Source: Mobula hypostoma
Lineage: Eukaryota
Assembly (NCBI RefSeq): GCF_963921235.1
Contig: NC_086097.1
Location: 93,498,001 to 93,562,000, forward strand
Length of the DNA stretch: 64,000 nt
Direction of reading: 5' to 3'
Shown: in pieces, positions 22,736-35,600 of the stretch
Position numbering within the stretch: position 1 is the first letter of the stretch
Layout of the letters: every line of letters starts with the position of its first letter
Notes under the pieces: generated by a model
What the model was told of the DNA's origin: nothing
Databases searched by the model: none
Seen by the model: the letters and a program-made list of their open reading frames with translations, nothing else
Program-made: the position numbers and the translations under genes

Positions 22736-24439
22736 GATGCTGCAATCAAATCATTATTCACTTAATTAAGTCTCCATCTGTTTTTTTAAAATAATAAACC
22801 TTTTCTGTTAATCCCACCACTTCCTATCTCCCATACCCAGTCCTTCCACAATCTAGGCTATGATTAATCCATAGCCCCATTAAGACCAAGACCCAAAACA
22901 AATTAGAACCTACTGTACAATATTATAGTCAAATTTGAAGTGTTATTTGAAAGTATTGCTTTGTTTCTTTCAAGAATAATAGAAATATTTCTTCCATTTC
23001 TTTGATCAAGAATTCCAACTAATAAGTTATTGAAACATTTGGCATAGGTGCAATTTATTCTTTAAAACCCTGCACTTTGTTGTATGCTTTTCTGTTGAAG
23101 ATTCATGCTGTAATTTGTGATTCTCTAATATAATTTAGTTTCAACCTCAGATGACAAGGACACATTTCTTTGATAATATCTATCTGCATGCAACTAAGTA
23201 ACTTGATAGAACCACCATGTCTATTTGTATAAGCACGTTGGTTGCTCAGTGACTTCACTGGTGTCATTGCTATTTAGAGTACTTCAGCAGAGAAGTTCCA
23301 TGCCATATTATTGGTAGAGAACTTCCTCCATCAACTTGCACATTGTACCTTCTCATTGATTGTATTCTTACCCTGCACATGTACATTTCATCAGAAAATG
23401 TAAGAGAAATGATATTGAATTGGCAAACTGATTGCTGCTGAATTGGGGACACAGAAAGGGGAATGTGAGATTATTGAGGCTTGCGAAAGACAGATGGCAG
23501 TAGAAAATGGCATGGAAAATCTGAGTAAAATGCATTTGGTAATGCTGTATGGCCTATCAAGACCTTGCTGACCATCAGGCCTCTATAAACACACATCCCA
23601 TTTTACTCTCCCCACATTCTCAACTCCACTTCCCCAAATTCTACCACTAACCTACATACTGGGACAATTCACAGTTGCTGTGAATCTACATGTCCTTCAG
23701 ATGTGCTGATGCTCCAGTTTCCTCCCATATGTTCAAGGTGGATTTTTTAACACTTTCATAACCAAGCCAATCTGTAGTGAAAGTTTTAGCTTATCCACAT
23801 TCCTATTTTCTGAAGACTAATTCTTTAGTTTGAGCATTAGGATGTATCAGTCACATTCAGTCATTAAAAGTGATGGAGCATTTTCCTTCGATTATCAGTC
23901 AATACTGCCTTGTTCCTCAAAGTTATTTGAATATGGCAACTAAAAGCAGGAATAGATAATTTATCTATGGAGCCTTCGTACTGTTTATTACATTCTTGAC
24001 CATCTGACTTTGGCTTCAACTCCATTCCTGCCTGCTCATTGCAGACTCTGATTTTCCCTTACTGCAGTCCAAAAAGCTTTCTCAGCCTTGAATACATTCT
24101 CCACATTTCTAACCTAAAGAATATAAATGATGCATGATCATCAGAGCAGAAATTTCTTTTCATCTATGTCTAAGATGGTATCCCTTTAAGTGCTGAAACT
24201 ATACCTGTCCTAGATTACTCAGTAATATCTTAAAATAAACATTTCAGCATTTACCTGATCAGAATATTAAAATTAAATAAGATGTCACCTCATTCTAACC
24301 TCCAGTGAGTATCAACCCAACCTGTTCAGATGTTCCTTATAAGGCAAATTCTTCATCCCAGAATTGAACCTGAAGAGTTTTCTCCTATCATCTCCAGTAT
24401 ATCCCTGTTAGTATTCAAAGCAAGGTCACTGAACTTGTG

Positions 24440-25290
24440 GCACAAATATGTACAAAGGATATGATTTAGTGACCAATGCAGAAACATGTTATAGGGTGGA
24501 GATGATTGTGAATTAAATATCCAAGGATATCGGGTTATATGGTAGGATAGGCAGGAAAGTAAGGGAGGTAGGGTAGTGCTCTTGATTAAGAGTGAAATTG
24601 TGACAATAGTGAGAAATGATACAAGATCTAAGGAGCAGAATGTTGTGCTCATCTGGTTAGATATTAGGAATAGTTAAGGGGAAGTCTCTGGTGACAGTTG
24701 TCTATAGGCCACCAAATAGCATTCAAGAAATATTGGATCCATGTAAGAATGGAACAGCAGTTCTCATGGGGGACTTTAACTTGCAGGTAGATTGGGCAAA
24801 TCAAGGTGGTCGAGGTAACCTTGAGGCGGATTTCACAGAATTTCTACAGATGTACTGTGGAAAGCATTCTAACTGGCTGCATCACCATCTGGTATGGGGG
24901 AGGGTGGAACTGCACAGGATTAAGCTGCAAAGTTGTGAACTCAGCCAGCTCCATCATAGGCACTAGCCTCCTCAGCATCCAGGACATTTTCAAGGAGTGA
25001 TGCCTCAAAAAGGCAGCATCCATCATTAAGGACCCCTATCACCCAGGACATGGTTTCTTCTCATTGCTACCATCAGGAAAGAGGTACAGGAGCCTGAAAG
25101 TGCACGCTCAACGATTCAGGAATAGCTTCTTCCTCTCTGCATCAGATTTCTGAATGAACATTGAACCCATGAACACTACCTCACTACTTTTTTTCTCTTT
25201 TTACATGATTTTTTAAATATATATACTTATTGTAATTTATAGTTTATTATGTATTGCAAGTACTGCATAACAAATATCACGACACGTCTT
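24440..25290 (+). mobile_element. Decayed LINE fragments: CR1 endonuclease piece joined to an L2/Rex1-type 3' end
   Basis: VVYRPPNS and LMGDFN (APE motifs), then FYRCTVESILTGCITIWYG. Confidence 0.7.
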
Positions 25291-25867
25291 AATCGCTGTG
25301 GTTTGTAGATTTGGTCTACAATTCACGTTTATGATGTGTTCTAGTTCTGGGTCGCTCTTTTCTCTTTTTGCTACTTTTGGGTGATTTTTGAATCAGAGTG
25401 GCCTGCAGAATATGAACACTGAGCTGATTTGAAATATGCCTTTTGATTTTGTATTTTATATTCTGTGTTTTCACATGTTTTTGTTTTGTTGCAGTTTCTG
25501 CAATTTTTTGCTCGTGGGGATGAGTGGGGTTTAATTATCTTTGAACAGGTTGATCTTTTGTTTTGTGGCTGTCTGTGGAGAAGATGAATTTCAGGGTTGA
25601 TAATAAATATACTTTTAATCTTTGACATATGCCAGTGATATTAAACCTGATCCTCAATACATCAGTGATGGCTTTCTTGAACAGCATGTTAGTGAATCTA
25701 CAAAGGAGAGTGCTATCATAGATTTCAACCTTTGCAGTTAGGAAAAAATTAATGATCTGGTAGTTAGGGATGCTGTTAAAAGAATGATCATTGTAAAGGA
25801 AATGGCCCAATTGGGAATTGAACTCTGGTTGCTGGGTTGAAAGTCCAGCAATCTACTACTAAGGAAT

Positions 25868-28345
25868 GTGAATGAGCCCAATTGCAGAAAATATGATGCA
25901 GACAAGAGTTGATTTGTAGACTCAAAAGCAAGTTTTACTTTATTTAAGCCAAGATGGGCAAAAAAAAATGGGTAAAAGCAGGCAACCAGTCCAACTCAGA
26001 AATGCAGTAATCCAAACACAAATTCAGTAATCTAAGATCTTGATGTACAAATAAGATCCAGAAATGGCAGGTAGTAAGAAGACATCAAAAACACAAAAAA
26101 ACCTGAGAGAGAGAAAAAACAACAAACAAACAGGCTCTTGCTACTGACGAGATCACACTTTGAGACTGAGCAAGAAAAGGTACAGGAAGCAGATGTTAAT
26201 TGGGAATATGTGCAATCCATTATCAGTGACAGAGTGCAATCAGTTCTGGGGAAAAAAAAACCCTTTGGGAACAATGTCTACCCCTGCTGGCCAACCCCAG
26301 AGAAGAGCGGAGTCCTAACAGGAACCCCCTCCGGAAACGGCTTCTGACATTCCCCTGGGGATGCAGGGTAACAATGACAGCAATGGAACTGAATAAGATC
26401 AGAATCCAATATATCTTGTGCTGGAACCCAAAAGCGTTCTTCAGTCCCATAACTCTCTCAGTCCGCTAAATACCAGATACACAGACCCAGGCAGACTAAA
26501 TAGGTTGGATGTGGATGGGAGGGGGATGCAGCTTGCAGTCGGAGCCAGGGGACTGGTGACCACAGGCCTAAGATTAAATGTGAGGTTAATCTGCATCAAT
26601 CAGGAGGTGATAGATCACAGGATTTATCCTCCTCAACTCCCTGAATGGACCAATATAAACCAGGGAGCCTGCTTGTAGAGAGCTAAACCTCTTGCCCAGG
26701 GTGATAGGATGGTGTTGGCCTAGAGCTGTTGACACTGAAAAGCCCGTTGCAGAGCCAACCTGACCTTCCTCCAAAGTCTGCTGGCAGTGTCAAGTGCACC
26801 TCTGTGCTGAAGCCGTGCCCACTTCAGCTTCCTGACCCTGGAACACTCAAATGGGGACATTCCTGTGGAGAAGCAGTGCAGGGTGTTGTGAGCATACTCT
26901 GCCCACAGGATGTAACTGCTGCAGGAGGTGGGATTGGTGGAAGTGAAGCATTAAAAAGTTGTCTTGAGGTGCTGGTTAATCCTCTGTTTGACCATTGGAC
27001 TTGCAAGGAAAGCTAGAGAAGAGGCTAACTGATACCCCAATCAATTGGCAGAATGCCCACCAGAACCGAGAAGTGAACTGTGGTCCAGTCTGAAACAATG
27101 TCCCGTGGAAAGCCAAAAGTTTGAAAAATATGCTGACAGATTAGTTTCGCAGTCTCATGGGCTGAGGAAAGTTTGGGCGGGGGAATGAAACGACAGGCTT
27201 TAGACAAATTGATCAACAATCACAAGAGTAACTATTACAGTGAGGATGGGAGCCCCATAAAGAAGCGCATGGACATGTGGGACCAGTGTCATTTCGGGGT
27301 GGGTAGTGGGTGAAGCAGGCCATGAGGATGTTGTCGGGAGTTATTACTCCAGACAAGTAGAGCAGGCAGGAACAAAAGCATGAATGTCTGCCTCCATGTT
27401 GGGTTACCAAAAAAGTCTCTTGAGGTCCACTGTCTGAGAGGACATTGGGCGGCCAGTGAAGTGAGAACAATACTAGAACAAAAAGTCAACCGGAAAGGCC
27501 ATTACCTGAATCTGGTACCTCCATGTCATACTTGCCAGACCACAGTCTCTACTTCCCAGCGAACCTGGAGTCACTGAGCCTGGAATCCGAAGCAATGGGC
27601 TCAGGGTCCCTTTCTGGAACACTGTGGGAAGGGCATCTGATGATAGATTTTCCAATCCAGGATAGTAAGACAGGACAAAATTGAACCTGTTGAAAAATTG
27701 AGCCCATCGGGCCTGATGGGGGTTTAATCTTCTGGTTTGCTGAATGTACTCCTGGTTTTTCTGGCCAGGTCAAACAATGAAGGGATGCTGGGCCTCCTCC
27801 AGCCATTGTCACCACCCCTACAAAGCCAATTTGATAGCTAACAGTTCCCTGTTACCCACATCTTTCTTTAGGTGTAAGACGAGTCATAGATGGAGCTTAT
27901 TGTCCAGATGTTTGTTCACAACACTACTCTTCCCACATCTGACATATTCACTTCAACTGTGAAGGGGAGAGTAGGATCAGGGAGGACTAGGACTGGGGCA
28001 GTAGTGAAATGCTTGAGCTCTCTGCTTCAGTGGCCCAGGTGAACTGGGTTGTGGACTTCTTGGTCAGGGCAGTGAGAGGGGCTGCTCTAGAGCTGAAGTT
28101 ATGGATGAATCATTGGTAAAAGTTAGCAAAATCAAGGAAGCATTGTACCTGCTTGATAGAAGAGGGTTATGGCCAGTCCATGATTGCTTTCTGAGATCCA
28201 TCTGGATGCTACCCTTGCAGGTGATGAACCATGTGGAGGAGACCTCAAACACATGGATTTCACATTTCTCAGGTTTCACCTAAACTTTGCTCTTGGAGGT
28301 GCTGGAGGACTCCTCTTTGATGGCATCTGAAAGCACATGTTGAAA
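25868..28345 (-). mobile_element. Decayed chromoviral (sushi-like) Gypsy: RT/RNaseH/integrase/chromodomain remnants and probable 3' LTR
   Basis: Minus-strand [23 protein letters not shown] (integrase) and YLAD*ESYGTEERFWVPAQDILDSDL (chromodomain, ~26395-26475); PPT-like GGAGGGGGTTCC next to TGTTA at ~26320. Boundaries approximate. Confidence 0.7.
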
Positions 28346-28361
28346 AGCAGCAATAAGCACC

Positions 28362-31300
28362 TGACACACAAATTGCTGGTGAACACAGCAGGCCAGGCAG
28401 CATCTATAGGAAGAGGTACAGTCCACGTTTGGGCCGAGACCCTTCCTCAGGAATAACTGAAAGAAGAGATAGTAAGAGATTTGAAAGGGGAAGGGGGAGA
28501 TCCAAAATGACAGGAGAAGGCAGGAGGGGGAGGGATGGAGCTAAGAGCTGGAAAGTTGATTAGCAACAGGGATATGAGGCTGGAGAAGAGAGAGAATCAT
28601 GGGATGAGACCTAGGGAGAAAGAAAGGGGGAGGGGAGCCCAGAGGATGGGCGAGGAGTTATAGTGAGAGGGACAGAGGGAGAAAAAAAATAAATAGATAA
28701 GGGATGGGGTTGGAAGGGGAGGTGGGGTACTAACGGAAGTTAGAGAAGTCAATAGAACATAGAACACAGTACAGGCTCTTCGGGCCACAATGTTGTACCG
28801 ACCCTTAAACCCTGCCTCCCCTATAACCCCCCCTCCAACTTAAATTCCTCCATATACCTGTCTAGTAGTCTCTTAAATTTCACTAGTGTATCTGCTTCCA
28901 CCACTGACTCAGGCAGTGCATTCCATGCACCAACCACTCTGAGTAAAAAGCCTTCCTCTAATACCCCCTTTGAACTTCCCACCCCTTACCTTGAAGCCAT
29001 GTCCTCTTGTATTGAGCAGTGGTGCCCTGGGGAAGAGGCGCTGGCTATCCACTCTATCTATTCCTCTTAATATCTTGTACACCTCTATCATGTCTTCTTT
29101 CATTCTCCTCTACAGAGAGTAAAGCCCGAGCTCCCTTAATCTCTGATCATAATGCATACTCTCTAAAGCAGGCAGCATCCTGGTAAATCTTCTCTGTACC
29201 CTTTCCAGTGCTTCCACATCCTTCCTAAAGTGAGGCGAACAGAACTGGACACAGTACTCCCAAGTGTGGCCTAAACAGAGTTTTATAGAGCTGCATCATT
29301 ACCCCACGACTCTTATACTCTATCCCTTGACTTATGAAAACTAACACTCCATAAGCTTTCTTAACTACCCTATCTACCTGTGAGGCAACTTTCAGGGATC
29401 TGTGGACATGTACCCCCAGATCCCTCTGCTCCTCCACACTACCAAGTATCCTGCCATTTACTTTGTACTCTGCCTTGGAATTTGTCCTTCTGAAGTGTAC
29501 CACCTCACACTTCTCTGGGCTGAACTCTATCTGCCACTTCTCAGCCCACTTCTGCATCTTATCAATGTCTTTCTGCACCTCACTTGTCACCCATGGTTCC
29601 TTCACCCTACCATTCTTTATCTTCCTCACCGGGACAAATTTATCCCTAACATCCTGCAAGAGATCTCTAAACATCGACCACATGTTCATAGTACATTTCC
29701 CTGAAAAAACATCATCCCAATTCACACCCACAAGTTCTAGCCTTATAGCCTCATAATTTGCCCTTCTCCAATTAAAACTTTTCCTGTCCTCTCTGATTCT
29801 ATTCTTTTCCATGATAATGCTAAAGGCCAGGGAGTGGTGGTCACTGTCCCCCAGATGCTCACCCACTGAGATCTGTGACCTGACCCGGTTTGTTACCTAA
29901 TACTAGACCTAGTATGGCATTCCCCCTAGTCGGCCTGTCAACATACCGTGATAGGAATCCGTCCTGGACACACTTAACAAACTTTGCCCCGTCTAAACCA
30001 CTGGAATGAATCAGGTGCCAATCAGTATTAGGGAAGTTAAAGTCACCCATGATAACAGCCCTGTTATTTTTGCACCTTTCCAAAATCTACTTCCAAATCT
30101 GCTCCTCAGTATCTCTGCTGCTACCAGGGGGCCTATGCAATACTCCCAATAGAGTAACTGCTCCCTTTCTGATCCTGACTTCCACCCATACTGACTCAAA
30201 AGAGGATCCTGCTATATTACCCACCCTTTCTGTAGCTGTAATAGTATCCCTGACCAGTAATGCCACCCCTCCTCCCCTTTCCCCCCTCTCTATCCCTTTT
30301 GAAGCACTGAAATCCAGGAATATTGAGAATCCATTTCTGCCCTGGTGCCAGCCAGGTCTCTGCAATGGCCATTACATCATAATTCCATGTATGATTCCAA
30401 GCTGTCAATGTTCATGCCATCAGGTTGGAGGCTACCCAGATGGAATATAAGGTGTTGTTCCTCCAACCTGAGTGTGGCTTCATCTTGACAGTAGAGGAGG
30501 CCGTGGATAGACATATCAGAATGGGAATGGGACGTGGAATTAAAATGTGTGGCCACTGGGAGATCCTGCTTCCTCTGGCAGACAGAGCGTAGGTGTTCAG
30601 CAAAGCGGTCTCCCAGTCTGCGTCAGGTCTTGCCAATATATAGAAGGCCATACCAGGCGCACTGGACACAGTATATCACCCCAGCCGACTCACAGGTGAA
30701 GTGTCACCTCACCTGGAAGGACTGTCTGGTGACTGAATGGTGGTAAGGGAGGAAGTGTAAGGGCATATGTAGCACTTGTTCCGCTTACAAGGATAAGTGC
30801 CAGGAGGGAGATCTGTGGGAAGGGATGGGGGGGAAACGAATGGACAAGGGAGTCACATAGGAAGCGATACCTGCGGAAAGCAGAAGGGGGGGAGGGAAAG
30901 ATGTGCTTAGTGGTGGGATCCCATTGGAGGTAGCAGAAGTTACGAAGAATTATATGTTGGACCCAGCGGCTGGTGGGGTGGTAGGTGAGGACAAGGGAAA
31001 CCCTATCCCTAGTGGGGTTGCAGGAGGATAGGGTGGGAGCAGATGTGCATGAAATGGCAGAGATGCGTTTGAGGGCAGAGTTGATGGTGGAGGAAGGGAA
31101 GCCCCTTTCTTTAAAAAAGGAGGACATCTCCCTCGTCCTGGAATGAAAAGCCTCATCCTGAGAGCAGATGCGGCGGAGACGGAGGAATTGCAAGAAGAGG
31201 ATGGCATTTTTGCAAGAGACAGGGTGGGAAGAGGAATAGTCCAGGTAGCTTTGAGAGTCTGTAGGTTTATAGTAGACATCAGTAGATAAGCTGTCTCCAG

Positions 31301-31490
31301 AGATAGAGACAGAAAGATCAAGAAAGGGGAGGGAGGTGTCGGAAATGGACCAGGTAAACTTGAGGGCGGGGTGAAAGTTGGAGGCAAAGTTAATGAAGTC
31401 AATGAGCTCAGCATGCGTGCAGGAAGCAGCACCAATGCAGTCGTCGATGTAGCGAAGGAAAAGTGGGGGACAGATACCAGTATAGGCTGT
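28362..31490 (-). mobile_element. Penelope-like retroelement (RT 3' half + GIY-YIG + terminal repeat), split by a CR1 insertion
   Basis: ORF 30690..31193 QFLRLRRICSQDEAFH is a typical PLE RT thumb; RYIDDCIGAA core near 31430-31455; hammerhead-like terminal motif at 28420-28454. Confidence 0.85.
28754..30403 (-). mobile_element. CR1 LINE with large internal deletion, nested in the PLE
   Basis: 6-bp TSD GTCAAT (28748-28753, 30404-30409); (TTCTATG)n tail; APE motifs (IAETW, MGDFN, GDSDH) and RT C-terminus. Confidence 0.85.
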
Positions 31491-31494
31491 GTAG

Positions 31495-31846
31495 GCGTAT
31501 AAAATGATGAGATGATGATCATGTGGATAGTCAGAGGCTTTTTCCCAGGGCTGAAATGGCTAACACGAGAGGGCGCAGTTTTAAGGTGCTTGGAAGTAGG
31601 TACAAAGGAGACGTCAGGGGCGAGTTTCTTAAGAGAGGGTGTTGAGGGCATGGAATGGGTTGCTGGCGACGGTGCTGGAGGTGGATACAATAGGGTCTTT
31701 TAAGTGACTCCTGGATAGGTACATGGAGCTTAGAAAAATAGAGGGCTCAGGGTAACCCGAGGTAATTTCTAAAATAAGTACATGTTCAGCAGAGCAGCGT
31801 GGGCCGAAGGACCTGTATTGTGCTGTAAGTTTACTATGTTTCTATG
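31495..31846 (+). mobile_element. CR1 LINE 3' fragment
   Basis: Similar to the 3' end of the CR1 at 41630-43522; ends in (TTTCTATG)-like tail. Confidence 0.75.
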
Positions 31847-32010
31847 ATTCAAACTTTCCTCGAAGACCATTACAAATTAACTGGCTAACTCAGAAATACT
31901 GGCACTGTCTCTGTGGACCCATTTGTCTGTACAAAAAATGTCCTACAATGGTATCTGTCCTTCGGGTGGGGTTCCACGAGCATCTTCCATTGTGCTCCTC
32001 ACCGCATCGC

Positions 32011-32532
32011 TAGGGTTGCCAACTTTCTCACTCCTAAATAAGAGACAAAAGTAGCAGTCAAATACGAGACACTTGTGTTTACCCTGAGAAAGACTACCAT
32101 GACCATGAAGCCTTGCGCGGGCATCTGTGTGGGCATGCGCGTACGTGCCGATATTTTTCCCCACAAATCGGTAATTTGGCTTAATCTTCCCGACTACACT
32201 GTACATACATTATTTCTACTTTATACAGGCTCTATACTTATCATATCATTCCTGCTTTTACTATATGTTAGTGTTATTTATTTTCGGTTTTATGTGTTAT
32301 TTGCTATGATTTGGTAGGTTATTTTTAGGGTCCTGGGAACGCTCAAAAATTTTTCCCATATAAATTAATGGTAATTACTTATTTGCTTCACGCCATTTTG
32401 GCACGAAAGGTTTCATAAGAATGCTCTACCTTAGCGGGGGAAATACGGGACAAGGGCGGTCCCGTATGGGACAAACCAATGTAGCCCAATATATGGGATG
32501 TCCCGGCTAATACGGGACAGTTGGCAACCCTA
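32011..32532. mobile_element. Non-autonomous DNA transposon (hAT-like MITE)
   Basis: Perfect 14-bp TIR TAGGGTTGCCAACT / AGTTGGCAACCCTA with subterminal (A)CGGGACA repeats; no clear 8-bp TSD. Confidence 0.75.
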
Positions 32533-32647
32533 CTTCTCACTCATCTCTAGCAAAAGAACCCCAAAAGCCCACATTCTCCTAGAAACTGGATGCCGCCATC
32601 TTCTCTCGATGACCCATGGCGTACCCTTGGACAGAATGTTATCAAGG

Positions 32648-35600
32648 TGTGGTAAACCATATATATGTTGTAACTGGGTTATCTGTCTGGACACGCCCCC
32701 CTGCTGACTGCCCCTGTGGCTCCTCCCACACGGCCCTGAATAAAGGTGATTTCCCCCTGCTCCTCCTCCTCAGTCCAGGGACTGACACTCAGCATGCTGG
32801 AAGTCACATTTTACTGTGAATAAAAGCCTTTCAGTATTTACCCTACTTCAGTCTTTTGGAGTAATTGAAGGTGCATCAATTTTATTTGCAGTAATTTTAA
32901 AGCATGGAATGTGCCCTGAGACCCAACAAGTTAGATCTCGATCTGCAAACACCTGAAACTGGAAACGCTTTCGAACTCTGGCTGGCCTGCTTCGAATCGT
33001 ACCTAGAGGAGATTAAAACGACGGACCCCGCAGCGAAGCACAGAGTTCTACTCTCCAGGGTCAGTCCACGGGTCTACTCGATGATCAGAGACCAGCTGCG
33101 CTACGACGGCACGATGAGCGCACTCGAAGGACAATACCTGCAGCCGCTAAACACCATCTATGCGCGGCACCGTTTAGCGACCCGGCACCAGCAGCCTGGG
33201 GAATCGAGTGTCAAGTTTGTCCGGACGCTACAGATGCTCGTGCGGGACTGCGATTGCCAGGACCTGGTGGCAGGACAGCATGCAGAGCTCCTAGTGAGAG
33301 ACACCTTCGTCACGGGGACCGGGTCAGTGTATTTGCGCCAGCAGCTATTGGAAAAAGCTGATCTTACCTTACGTTTGGCGATTGAGCTGGCCGATACGCT
33401 GGAGGCCGCTCTGCACAACTCTGAGGCTCTCCCGGCACACAAACCCCAATGGCCTCGTGGGCGCCGCAGATCCCGCAACCCGCCGGCGAACCGACCTCAG
33501 CTGCTGCCAGTCGCCAGTCTGCGAAGTGCTACTTCTGCAGACTGGAGAAGCACCCCCGGAAACACTGCCTGGCCCAAGAAGCTACCTGCTCCAGCTGCGG
33601 AAAGAAGGGCCACTTTGCCAAGGTCTGTAAGTCCAAACCGCGAGCGGGATTGAGCAGCACCGCGTGCGAGACATGGGGGTCGCCATCTTCCCTGCACGCC
33701 GCCACCACGTGCGAGACATGGGGGTCACCATCTTCTCTGCACGCCGCCACCACGTGCGAGACATGGGAGCGGCCATCTTGGTCAGCACCACCTCCCACCG
33801 CCTATGACCCACGGGTGCTCACAGGGCACCCCACCATGCCAGACCAAGACAGCGACTCAACCCTGGCCTCCGTGACCCTCGACCAAAGCGCTCCCCACCA
33901 GCTCGCAAGGTCAATGATGGACATCCTGGTGGAGGGGCGCAGGACAAGCTGCCTGTTTGACACAGGCAGCACGGAGAGTTTTATCCACCCAGACGTGGTG
34001 CAGCATTGCAGACTCACAATACAGCCAGTAAGTCAGAGGGTTGCCATGGCTTCCGGGTCGCATACAACAGACATCCGGGGGGGTTGTGTAGCGACGCTAG
34101 TGGTGCAGGGCACAGAATATCGAGACTTTACGTTACTGGTCATGCCTCAACTGTGTGCCCCTGTGCTATTGGGGCTCGACTTCCAGAGCCACCTGAAAAG
34201 CGAGACAATGAAGTATGATGGGCCCCTCCTGCCAATTACTGTCATAAATCCCCTGTTTTGTAGGAATACGTCACATACCCCGCTACTGACCACACACACA
34301 CACCGACACACACATCCCACCCAACATCATGCCTACTGCCGCACTATCAACGCCACTTGTGGCCTCTCCACCCTCAAGATCCCTCCCCCACCGCTGTTCG
34401 CCAACCTGACCCCCGACTGTAAACCTGTGGCAACTGAAAGCAGGAGGTACAGCGTGGGGGACAGAGCCTTCATTAAGTCAAAGGTGCAGCGGTTGCTCAG
34501 GGAGGGGGTCATTGAGGCAAGCACAAGTCCTTGGAGGGTGCAGGTGGTGGTTGTTCGGAACGGGGAGAAGAATAGAATGGTCGTGGACTATAGCCAGACC
34601 ATCAATAGGTTCACGCAGCTCGACGCGTACCCTCTACCCCGCATCGCAGATATGGTCAATCAGATAGCACAGTACAAGGTGTACTCGACCATAGACCTAA
34701 AATCCGCTTACCATCAGTTCCCCATCCGCCGGGAGGACCGTCCTTACACTGCCTTCGAGGCAGACGGCAGGCTTTATCACTTCCTGCGTGTCCCCTTTGG
34801 TGTCACGAATGGTGTATCTGTCTTCCAGAGGGCAATGGACCGCATAGTAGACCAATGTCAACTGAAGGCCACGTTCCCATATCTGGATAACATCACCATC
34901 TGTGGTCATGACCAGCAGGATCACGGCAACAACCTCCAAAAATTTTTCCAAGCGGCCAAAGCTTTCAATCTCACCTATAACAAGGACAAGTGTGTATTCG
35001 GGACCACCCGACTTGCTATCCTTGAGTGTGTCATGGAGAATGGAGTCATTGGTCCTGACCCCGACCGTATGTGCCCCCGTTGGAACTCCCTCTTCCCAAT
35101 ACCCTCAGAGCCCTCAAAGGTGCCTGGGCTTCTTTTCATATTACGCCCAATGGGTCTCTAACTACGCAGACAAGGCCCGCCCCCGGTCAAGTCCACCACA
35201 TTCCCCCTCTCAGCCGAGGCCCATGCGGCCTTCAGCTGCATTAAAGGGGACATTGCCAAAGCAGCAATGCATGCGGTGGATGAGGCCATTCCCTTCCAAG
35301 TAGAGAGTGACGCCTCTGACTTTGCGCTGGCTGCTACCCTCAACCAGGCAGGAAGATCAGTGGCGTTCTTCTCCCGTACCCTTTAAGGCCCTGAAACTCG
35401 GCACTCCGCGGTGGAGAAAGAGGCCCAGCCCATAGTGGAAGCTATTAGGCACTGGAGGCACTATCTCGCCGGCAAAAAGTTCACCCTGCTGACTGACCAG
35501 CGCTCAGTCACATTCATGTTTAGTAACCACCAGTGGGGCAAAATCAAAAATGACAAAATTCTGAGGTGGAGAATCGAACTCTCCACCTTCAACTATGACT

